This document shows positions 12,204 through 22,515 of a stretch of DNA of 64,000 bases, piece by piece. The notes below the pieces were generated by a model. The model did not search any database, was not told the origin of the DNA, and worked only from the letters and a program-made list of their open reading frames with translations. Location: contig OX597817.1 of assembly GCA_951406725.2 (NCBI GenBank), positions 157,480,001 through 157,544,000 on the forward strand. Direction: 5' to 3'. Both the position numbers and the translations under genes were made by a program. Within the stretch, counting starts at the first letter, position 1, and every line of letters starts with the position of its first letter. This DNA is from Octopus vulgaris. Taxonomy: Eukaryota.

Positions 12204-12648
12204 GAGAAATATTTGAACTTGTATAGCTTTACACTACAATTTGTTGTAGAGAGAAAATTCTTGCCTATGACAAAAAGGTGTTAAAACACCATTGTCGGCT
12301 TCTATTGGAATGATGGATGCATTCTGAACTTGTTAGTTCTCTTCAGCACCAGATACCAAGAGAGGTGGCTATTGTGCCCTACCAGTCAATAATATTGACT
12401 GATTTGTAATAATATTGACAATTATTGTCAATAATATTGACAATAAAGGAAACATTTTTTCCTAGTCAGTTTAGAGTTGCCTCTCTTGGTATCTGGTACT
12501 GAAGAGAGCTCATGAGTTTGAAGTGCATTCATCAGTTCAATAAAGAGTGCTCAAAGTTGACAATGGTTTAACATCTTTTTGTCTTAAGTGAGAATTTTCA
12601 CTCAGTGTCAAACTGCAGTGAAAAGCCTTTACAAGTTCAAATACCTCT
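12204..12648. mobile_element. Diverged inverted pair (about 165-bp arms), each arm carrying a degenerate minimal hammerhead
   Basis: Arms at about 12204-12370 and 12475-12648; hammerhead remnants at 12311-12352 (-) and 12493-12535 (+). Confidence 0.65.
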
Positions 12649-13111
12649 AAAAGTTTGTACAAGTAAAATAATAAGAGTTAAGTAATGGTTAGTGTGTGCC
12701 CTTGTGCCTATGTTAGAATTTATAATTCATCTTATTCTTCATATTTCAACATATCATAATTGCAAGAGATGCTTCCAGAAAATCAAGTTTGTTTTACTTC
12801 ATGAAATGTATGAATGAATATTGCTGTGTTGGAATTTATAATTGTGCCTATGTTAAAATTTATAATTCATCTTATTTTTGATATTTCATTACAAGAGATA
12901 TTTTGATATTTCATTACATTATAAGGCACGAAAAGAAAATGACTCTCCCCAGACACAACAGAATTACTAGAGAAGCTTCCAGAAAAATCATGTCTGTTTC
13001 ACTTCATGAAAAGTGTCGATGAATATTTCTGCTGCCATTTCTTTTCTTCTTTCCATTGAAGTCTGTAGCTCCAGTCACCCGTTGATGGAAACTTCTGATT
13101 ACAAAATATTA

Positions 13112-13117
13112 AATAAA
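13112..13117 (+). promoter_or_regulatory. Candidate polyadenylation signal of the kinase gene
   Basis: AATAAA followed about 25 nt later by a U/GU-rich tract (ttagtttttcatgttttttgtt). Alternative AATAAA motifs exist near 12442 and 12539. Confidence 0.4.
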
Positions 13118-13956
13118 ATATCTATCTTTTCTAAATAATGTTAGTTTTCATGTTTTTTGTTCATTCAGGTTCATTTTAAAGAAGAAAGAGATTTGTAGAT
13201 TTGTATCGAGCGAGGTCATTGCCAGTGCTGCTGGACTGGCTCCTGTGCAGGTGGCACATAAAAAGCACCATTTGGGCATGGCCGCTGCCAGTACCGCCAA
13301 ACTGGCCCTCGTGCCGATGGCACATAAAAGCACCCACTACACCCTCAGAGTGGTTGGCGTTAGGAAGGGCATCCAGCTGTAGAAACTCTGCCAGATCAGA
13401 TTGGAGTCTGGTTCGCCAGATCTCAGTCAAATTGTCCAACCCATGCTAGCATGGAAAGCAGACGTTTGATGATGATGATGATGTATAGATGCAGGCATGG
13501 TTGTGCAGTTAAGAAACTTGCTTTACAGTTTCTAGGTGGTTTCAGGTTCAATCCCACTGCACAGCACCTTGGGCAAATGAATTCAACCATAAGCCCACAT
13601 CAGCCAATGCCTTGTGTGTGAATTTGGTAGACAGAAACTGTGTCAAAGCTTGTGTATGCGTCTGTGTTTGTGTGTGCATACATACATTTGTGTGTGTGTG
13701 TGTGTGTATACATGCTTGCATATGTGTGTGTATGTGTCTGTGTTTGTACCATCACTATCGTTTGACAACCAGTATTGTGTTTTTTTGCACTTGCGTAACC
13801 TTGTGGTTCAGCAAAAGAGACTGATAAAATAAGTACCAAATTTAACAAAATAAATAAATAAATAATAAGTACTGGGGTTGATTTATTCATCCAAACCTTT
13901 CATGTTTGTACCCCAGCGTAGTGGTTAAGAGTGTGGGCTACTAACCCCAAGATTCC

Positions 13957-13995
<39 letters not shown>

Positions 13996-15137
13996 CAACA
14001 ACAATAGGCGCAGGAGTGGCTGTGTGGTAAGTAGCTTGCTAACCAACCACATGGTTCCAGATTCAGTCCCACTGCGTGGCATCTTGGGCAAGTATCTTCT
14101 ACTATAGCCCCGGGCCGACCAAAGTCTTGTGAGTGGATTTGGCAGATGGAAACTGAAAGAATCTCGTCGTATATATATGTATATGTGTGTATGTTTGTGT
14201 GTCTGTGTTTGTCCCCCTAGCATTGCTTGACAACCGATGCTGGTGTGTTTATGTCCCCGTCACTTAGCGGTTCGGCAAAATAGACCGATAGAATAAGTAC
14301 TGGGCTTACAAAGAATAAGTCCTGGGGTCGAGTTGCTCGACTAAAGGCGGTGCTCCAGCATGGCCGCAGCCAAATGACTGAAACAAGTAAAAGAGAGTAA
14401 AGAGTAATGTCTGAAACAAGGAAATGACAGGAAAAGAAGATTTTCTGAATTTGGAACCTCGTTACATGTTCTCATTACCACACACATATACATCAGTGGA
14501 TAACATCCTGTGGGCAAATGGATATCACATTTAATGATATGTGTGGGAAATTCTAATGGTTATGTCAGCTCTGCTTTGTTCACCATTAATCATAATTTAG
14601 GATAACAGACAGGTTTATTAAATAGGATATCAAATCTTGCCAATATCAAAATCAATGTTATTTATACACTATTACAGATATAGTTATATATTCACACCCC
14701 CACATACCTCTTGAAACACAATTCACACGTAAATGCATACATGTGAACATGTTGATATAAAAGCTGAATAATACATTAACACAATTTTGTGTGTGTGTGT
14801 GTGTGTGTTTGTATGTCTATCTATCTATCTGTCTGTCTGTCTGTCTGTCTGACTGACTGTCTGTCTGACTGTCTGTCTGTCTGTCTGACTGTCTGTCTGT
14901 CTCTATCTGATAATAATAATAACAATAATCCCTGGACGGAATTTATAAACATGTAATGCATCACGGGCATATGGCGTTGTGGTTAAGAGCGCGGGCTGCT
15001 AACCCCAAGATTCCAAGTTCGATTCCAGGCAGTGACCTGAATAATAATAATAATGATAATAATAATAATAATAATGATAATAATATTAATAATAATAATA
15101 ATAACAACAACAACAACAGTAATAATAATAATAATTC

Positions 15138-16096
15138 AGAAATGAAGCCAGTATGCTCCGATGGATGTGAATGCCGGTACTCACACTCGGCAGAGTGTAA
15201 GTACCTTGAAAGAAAAGCTGGACCTAAGAAGCATCAGTTGTGGTGTGCAAGAGAGACGTTTGCGCTGGTATGGTCATGTGGCGAGAATGGATGAAGATAG
15301 TTGTGTGAAAAAGTGCCACACCCTAGCGGTTGAGGGAACCTGTGGAAGAGGCAGACCCAGGAAAACCTGGGACGAGGTGGTGAAGCATGACCTTCGAACT
15401 TTAGGTCTCACTGAGGAAATGACTAGAGACCGAGACCTCTGGAAGTGTGCTGTGCGCGAGAAGACCCGGCAGGACAAGTGAGTCCATAACCCATGGCCTT
15501 CTACATGGGATGGAGCCGGCCTACGTATGCATACCTTCCCTTCTTGGGACACAAAACTCTACTTGTGAAGACGTGTTGAGGCAAGTGAGGATCAGAATCG
15601 AAATCGATCAATGGAAATTGCGGATGTGCTACCAGTGCCGGTGGCATGTCAAAACTCTGCTTGTGAAGACCCGTTGAGGCAAGTGAGAATCAGAATCGAA
15701 ATCGATCAATGGAAATCGATCAATGGAAATTGCAGATGTGTTACCAGTGCCGGTGGCATGTAAGAGAACTTTCCGTTTCGCGACCGTTGCCAGCACCGCC
15801 CCGTTTCGTGTCCGTTGCCAGCCTCGCCTGGCCCTCGTGCCGGTGGCACATAAAAAGCACCATCCGTTCGTGGCCGTTTGCCAGCTCTGTCTGGCACCAG
15901 TGCGGGTGGCACGTAAAAAGCACCCACTACACTCACGGAGTGGTTGGCGTTAGGAAGGGCATCCAGCCGTAGAAACACTGCCAGATTTGACTGGGCCTGA
16001 TGAAGCCTTCTGGCTTCACAGACCCCAGTAGAACCGTCCAACCCATGCTAGCATGGAAAACGGACGCTAAACGATGATGATGATGATGATGATGAT
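15138..16096 (+). mobile_element. 5'-truncated RTE LINE: ORF2 C-terminus (to 15481) plus 3' UTR (= family C)
   Basis: RNEASMLRWM..VQERRLRWYGHVARMDEDSCVKKC..GRGRPRKTWDEVVKHDLR..RDRDLWKCAV runs continuously into the family-C sequence and its (GAT)n tail. Confidence 0.92.
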
Positions 16097-16232
16097 TAAT
16101 AATAATAATAATAATAACAACAACAGCAATAATAATAACAATAATATTAATAATAATAATAATAATAATAATAACAACAACAACATCGAAAAATACCTTA
16201 GGAATGAGAACCAAGGTTCAAAATTTCCCCAA

Positions 16233-16278
16233 GACACCTGATGAAGGCTGGAGGGTGTATCAGCCGAAACGTTGTGTT
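16233..16278 (+). ncRNA. Minimal type I hammerhead ribozyme motif (dimer-dependent, PLE type)
   Basis: Stem I GACAC/GUGUU; CUGAUGA(A); stem II GGCUG/CAGCC; GAAA; palindromic ACGU stem III; GUU cleavage triplet ending at 16273. Confidence 0.72.
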
Positions 16279-16392
16279 AACAACAAACGAGATGAGGACA
16301 AATATCCGTCAAATGTAAATAATGTACATAATTCCTCATCTCTTAAATACAGAACTGTATTTGATGCATCACTACACACATTTCCACAAATT

Positions 16393-16647
16393 ACATGTCT
16401 CTTAAGATCATAGTCCGTCTTCCTGGGACGATTACAGTGTAGTCCATAGTATCTGTGGACATCAGGTAGATCATCTCCATGGATTCACTCCTTCAGGTGA
16501 TATGGCATTAATTCTGGACAAATGGGATAAGCATCTCTCTCTTATACATCCATTAATGTTATGTTGCCTGAAGAAATGAATCCATGAAGATGGTCAACTC
16601 AATGCCCACAGATACTATGATACAGACTGTGATCTTAAGAGACATGT
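16393..16647. repeat. Imperfect inverted repeat (about 100-bp arms)
   Basis: acatgtctcttaagatca..catagtatctgtgg..ttcaggtgatatggcattaat pairs with attaatgttatgttgcctgaag..ccacagatactatg..tgatcttaagagacatgt. Confidence 0.8.
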
Positions 16648-17433
16648 CATCATCATCATCATCATCGTTTAACGTCCGTTTTCCATGATAGCATGGGTTG
16701 GACGATTTGACTGAGGACTGGAGAACTAGATGTTTGCACCAGGCTCCAATCTGATCTGGCAGAGTTTCTACAGCTGGATGCCCTTCCTAATGCCAACCAC
16801 TCCATGAGCGTGGTGGGTGCTTTTAAGTGCCACCAGCACGAGGGCCAGTCAGGCGGTACTGGCAACGGCCATGCTCAAATGGTGTTTTTTACGTGCCACC
16901 GGCACAGAAGCCAGGTTGCTGCTCAGGCAGTGATCACACTCGGATAGTGCTCTTAGTGCTCCATTAGCACGGATGCCAGTCATCGAATTTGATTTCGATT
17001 TCGATTTGTGATTTGTGAAAACACGCATAGTGATTCATTAAATGTTTATATACACACATATGTATATATACATATATATTAGAAAAAATGAGGTAATCAG
17101 ATCAGATGGTTCATATTTATAGATATTTATTTATATATTACATTTTTTACATATATATCATATCATTCAGATCATATCATTCGGATTAGCGCTTTCTCCC
17201 AATCGAGTGGGGTTTTCAAATCAAATCAATTCCTTGTGGGTAATTTGAACATTTTATAGTTTCGTAGTAGTGGTGGGGAGGAATAAGACAGTATAAAAGG
17301 GTGAGGAGGAAGTGAGACAGAGAAAACATGTGTGTATGTATATGTGTGTGTGTATGTGTGTGTGTGTGTGTGTGCGCGTTTGTATCTGATAGGGAAGAAG
17401 AAGTATTATTATTCCGTTGGCCTATTGGACCTC

Positions 17434-17589
17434 CTGTGGTTTTCTAAGAATTTTGGCTCTGCTCTCTGTCCAGTCTCGTGTCACTGAGTGTGTGTTGTGC
17501 TTAGGCTGTCCAGACAGCCTAAGCACAACACACACTCAGTGACACAAGACTGGACAGAGAGCAGAGCCAAAATTCTTAGAAAACCACAG
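17434..17589. repeat. Near-perfect hairpin with 77-bp arms and a 2-nt spacer
   Basis: 17434-17510 is the reverse complement of 17513-17589 with one mismatch. Confidence 0.95.
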
Positions 17590-17919
17590 TGGCTGGCTTT
17601 GGGAAGGGCATCTAAATGTGGAAACCATGCCAAAACTGACAATGGAACTGGCTTTTGGGCTTGCCAGCTCCTGTCCTACCATGCAGCCCATGCCAGCACA
17701 GAAAACAAATGTTAAATGCTGATGATGATGATGATGAGGAGGAGGAGGAGGAGGACAATGAACTTCTTTCAGTTTCTGTCTACCAAATTCACTCACAAGG
17801 CTTTGGTCAGCCCAGGGCTGTAGCAGATGATACTTGTTTGTGGTGTCACAGTGGAATTGAACCCAAGATCACATGGTTGGGAAGCAAACTTTTTACCACG
17901 CAGCAATGCCTCTGCCTAG

Positions 17920-17954
<35 letters not shown>

Positions 17955-19122
17955 TGTTTGTGAGGTTATAGAGCCTTGCTTCGGTTGAGAGCAAATAATA
18001 TAAATTTTGTCCTATTGTAAAAAGATTTTGTCCTATTGTAAAAAAGAATGTGTTACTGTCTTCTTGCCTTGATTTTGCCATGATAGTTGTAAATGATTTC
18101 CACCATCATGCATGTGAGGTCCTTTGTTTCTAATCTTCCATGAAAACATGTTTGAGCATGAGGAAATATAATCTTACTTGAAAATAAGCGAGGGTTGTTG
18201 ATGGGAAGAGCACCTGACCCAAAATATCTGCCTCAACAAATTCCATCTGACCCATGCCAGCATGGAAAAGTGGACGTTAAACCGATGATGATGAGATGAT
18301 ACATGCTATTGAATGTATAAATATATTAAGCAAATGAAAGGACTAATTAGAAATAAGAAAAATCATTATTAAAAAAGATTGAACTCAAACATAGTCATGT
18401 CTTCACTATAACATCTTTGAAAGAAACACTATTTCCTCTGTGTGTGTGTGTGCGTGTGTGTGTGTCTGTGTGTGTTTGTGCATGTATTTGTGTGTGTGTG
18501 TGTGTGCATGTATTTGTGTGTGCATGTGTGCGTGTATGTCTGTGTGTGTGCATGTATTTGTGTGTGCATGTATATGTGTGTGTATGCATGTATGTGTGTG
18601 TGCGTGTGCGAGAACAGAACCACTTTTCTCTACAAATCTAACTCCCAAAAATAGGAAAAAAAAATTCATCCCTGTTATATTAGAATTATAATGAACTGCT
18701 ATACCTTTTGGGCAAAAAGAAGGATAAGAACCAAAATAGGTCAATTCTTTGCAATTTCATGCACATTCACTGAAGGCTCATCTCATTTCTATTTCTATTG
18801 CTACACTCTGACTACGGATAACATATTTTCGAACTAAAGCTATTAAATTATCTTCAGAACTACACAAATGCAATTCTCCCTTAAGTTTAAATCTCAAATT
18901 GCACTGATGTAATCCAGCAGGTTGCAACACATATACATACATATATCATCATCATCATTGTCGTCGGCGGCGTCATCATTATCGTTATCATCATTTAACA
19001 GCCATCTTTCAATATATGTATATATATACACACACACACACATATATATACATATGTATATTTATATATATATGTGTGTGTGTGTCTCTGTGTGTCTGTG
19101 TGTGCGTGTGTATATATATATA

Positions 19123-19241
19123 CACTCCTTTGCCTATATATACATATAGTCCTACACATGGATGCATGGAAGATGGATGTTAAAAGATGATGATGATGAC
19201 GATATTTATATGTATATATAATTTAAATATATATATATATT

Positions 19242-19299
<58 letters not shown>

Positions 19300-19418
19300 A
19301 ATATATATATATATTTAAATTATATATACATATAAATATCGTCATCATCATCATCTTTTAACATCCATCTTCCATGCATCCATGTGTAGGACTATATGTA
19401 TATATAGGCAAAGGAGTG
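19123..19418. repeat. 296-bp palindrome centred on (TA)n
   Basis: cactcctttgcctatatatacatatagtcctacacatggatgc.. is mirrored exactly by ..gcatccatgtgtaggactatatgtatatataggcaaaggagtg. Confidence 0.95.
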
Positions 19419-19813
19419 GCTGTGTGGTAAGTAGCTTGCTTACGAACCACATGGTTCCAGTTTCAGTCCCACTGAGCGGCACCTTGGGCAAGTGTCTTCT
19501 CCTATAGCCTCAGGCCAACTAAAGCCTTGTGAGTGGATTTGGCAGATGGAAACTGAAAGAAGCCCATCATATATATGTATATATATGTATGTGTGTGTAT
19601 ATGTTTGTGTGTCTGTGTTTGTCCCCCCAACATCGCTTGACAACTGATGCTGGTGTGTTTATGTCCCCGTAACTTAGTGGTTCAGCAAAAGAGACCGATA
19701 GTATAAGTACTAGGCTTACAAAGAATAACTCCTGGGGTCGATGTGCTTGGCTAAATGCGGTGCTCCAGCATGGCCACAGTCAAATGACTGAAATAAGTGA
19801 AAGAGTAAAAGAG

Positions 19814-19867
<54 letters not shown>

Positions 19868-19878
19868 ATATATGTATG

Positions 19879-19909
<31 letters not shown>

Positions 19910-19929
19910 CATACATACATATATATATT

Positions 19930-20275
19930 TATGGGGTGTGTTCAATAAGTATCCAACTTTATTTTTCCCCCACTAAAACTAATGCAGCTTGAGTAAAATC
20001 CTTTGAATGAAAAGTGATGTCACCTTTCCTGTATATACTTGGAAATTTTTGCCCTGGTAGTCTGCATCTGTTACTGGCTGTTATGCCTGGAGTACAGACA
20101 CTTGTAGGATTTTTGTTTTCAATGAATGCATTGAGCAAAGATATTGCATCAAGTTTTGCCCAGAAGATTCAGCAGGCCTTTGGCAATGATGCCATGGGCT
20201 AAACTCAGATCAAGGATTGGGACAACTACTTCAAACATGACAGCACCTCAGTGGAGAGCACAGCACACTCAGGCA
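19930..20275 (+). mobile_element. Degenerate 5' part of a second mariner family
   Basis: TIR-like ggggtgtgttcaataagta, then remnants EQRYCIKFC..KIQQAFGNDAMG*TQIKDWDNYFKHDSTSVESTAHSG. Confidence 0.7.
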
Positions 20276-20566
20276 TATAAATAAGGATAAGATCGTTAAT
20301 ATAATTATCAATCTTATCAAGTGGCCAGCACGGGAATAAAAACCTTCAAAGGTAATTATTATTAAAATTATAATTTAGGGTATCTTAGAGATACCTCCAT
20401 GCTGGAAATAGCAGCCAAAACTTGACTCTAAAAGCACATTAAATATATATATATTTATATATTACATAGATGTATAAGGGGTGAACATTTCTATATACTA
20501 CGTTGGATACGATGGTTGTTCATCTGGTATGTTGATTTTGTTCATTCATTATAAATCTTGAATTAT

Positions 20567-20631
20567 GCTTGCACTGATGAGTAAAGAGTGCACACCACTG
20601 CACTGATTACGAAATCACAGTGATTTGCAGC
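20567..20631 (+). ncRNA. Type I hammerhead ribozyme motif
   Basis: Stem I UUGCA/UGCAG; CUGAUGA at 20574-20580; stem II GUAA/UUAC extended by AGUGCA/UGCACU; GAAA at 20611-20614; stem III AUCAC/GUGAU; AUU triplet. Confidence 0.78.
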
Positions 20632-20875
20632 TGAATTCCTGTTTTTAAATGACTTGCTTCGAGAATTGCATTCGGTACGATATGTTTATTTATTTTAGTA
20701 GTTTTGACTTTATGAGTCCCTCCTAGCGTGTGGCATTTTATGTGTAATAATGCCCTCTATATAATATAAATAAATATATTTAAGTGAAAAAATTGATGGA
20801 TTTTTTTCTCTTATGAGAATTTTCACGCTGACTACTTGATTAAATTCTTATGAAGATTTTATCCTATTTTTAAAT

Positions 20876-20914
<39 letters not shown>

Positions 20915-21728
20915 ATATTATATATGTATTTTATCGAAGGAATGTAAGTTTGTTCTTTAATTGGAATTATTTCCAAAAATTTCTAATGTCTTTTCTTCAT
21001 ACTTTGCTTTCGAATTTTCTTATATAAATGTGTGTAGGTGTGAAAGCTTGTATAGAAATAATCTGTATATGATTTAACTTATTAAACAAAGTTCAACAAA
21101 TTCATTCTTATTTACGTAATGGGTGATGTGATGTGACAGCAAAGATTAGATGTTAAAATGGATTATAGATTTTATTTTTCATGTTGCTATACAATTTGTT
21201 TTGTATAAAAATATTCAGATATTCATAAATAGAAAATTGTAATAGCCATATTTGTACACATCAGTAGCTGATATAAAAGCTAAAAAAGACATTGGAAGTA
21301 CTTAGATTTTTCTCTTAGTTATCATTTTGGGATTAGTATATTTGTTCTTGCAGTCCAAGACTATTTGAATGAAGACTAAAAAAATATATATTAAGTGGGT
21401 ACTAATATATGTATTAAAAACTGACACTCCCTCTATGAAATCCAATATGTGACTCTATTTAAACCTCCTTAAATGAATTTTACTACTGGTCAAACAGTAT
21501 TTGTATATACGTTGAGAAATACCAAAAAAGGAAGGATATATATTTACAAATACAAATTTAGCTTTTACACTTAACCGTCAATTCTCCTCTCGACTGAAGA
21601 TATTTTTAGAAAAATTGGTGGTTAATAATAGTATTAAAGAATAATTTCTGGTTTATAAAATTTATAATTTAAGCATTTATTGTAAATAATAGGTCTAATA
21701 TTCATAGACAAAAATATGTGTTATGTGT

Positions 21729-21786
21729 CATAATTAATTATCTAGGTACAGCTTGATATCAAGCTGTACCTAGATAATTAATTATG
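21729..21786. repeat. Perfect 58-bp palindrome with no spacer
   Basis: cataattaattatctaggtacagcttgat|atcaagctgtacctagataattaattatg. Confidence 0.95.
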
Positions 21787-22515
21787 CGTTGCGTATTCGT
21801 TTCCTGCATGCAGAATACAAATATTGACAACATATGCTATTTTCAGGATGTTGACGATAAAATGTGTAGTCACGCACAAAGTGACAGCTTCCAAATTCTG
21901 TTTCCTGACTGGGTGAAAATGATCAAACTTTAAACATCTATAACTTTTTAAGAACATTTTTCTGCAAAAAGTGAAATAACTCCAGCAATTCAGCTTAGAA
22001 AACTACATTAATGTGTCAAATTTTAAAACTTGTCGATAAACTTTAATATATATATATATATATACACACACACATGTATGTACATAAGTATATATGCGTA
22101 TATATATCATCATCATCATCATCATTTAACATCTGCTTTCGATGCTAGCATGTGTTGGACGATTTGACTAAGGGCTGACAAACTAGATCGTGTATATATA
22201 TATAAACATATATATATATATATATATATATATAACACACACACATGTATGTACATATGTATATACGTGTATATATATATCATCATCATCATCATCCTCA
22301 TCATTTAATGTCCGTTTTCCATGCTAGCATGGGTTGGATGGTTCGACCAGGGTCTAGGAAGGGCATCCAGCTGTAGAAGCCCTGCCAGATCAGACTGGAG
22401 CCTGGTGCAGCCTTCTGGCTTTCCAGACCCCGGTCGAACCGTCCAACCCATGCTAGCGTGGAAAACGGACATTAAACAATGATGATGAGAAGGAGGATGA
22501 TGATGATATAAGTAT

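Larger units (their letters stand above)
14965..16363 (+). mobile_element. Family J: tRNA(Ser-like)-headed element with an (AAT)n middle and a hammerhead-bearing tail, hosting a nested RTE fragment
   Basis: A box TGGCGTTGTGG, CT-GCT-AA loop, B box GTTCGATTC at 15017-15025, and a 9-bp TSD atgcatcac at 14956-14964 and 16364-16372. A truncated second head lies at about 13912-13957. Confidence 0.75.

Noticed and set aside
14965-15035. Functional tRNA genes at SINE heads (also 49806, 60868, 61915)
   Set aside because: No acceptor-stem pairing; each continues into a repeated SINE body.
15994-16025. CTGATGA followed by hairpin AGCC/GGCT (also near 59246)
   Set aside because: No GAAA or stem III follows; it is a variant of ctggtgcagcc in family C.
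18819-18857. Minus-strand CUGAAGA..GAAA AUAUGU UA hammerhead-like spacing
   Set aside because: Stem I cannot form and the closing pair of stem II is mismatched.
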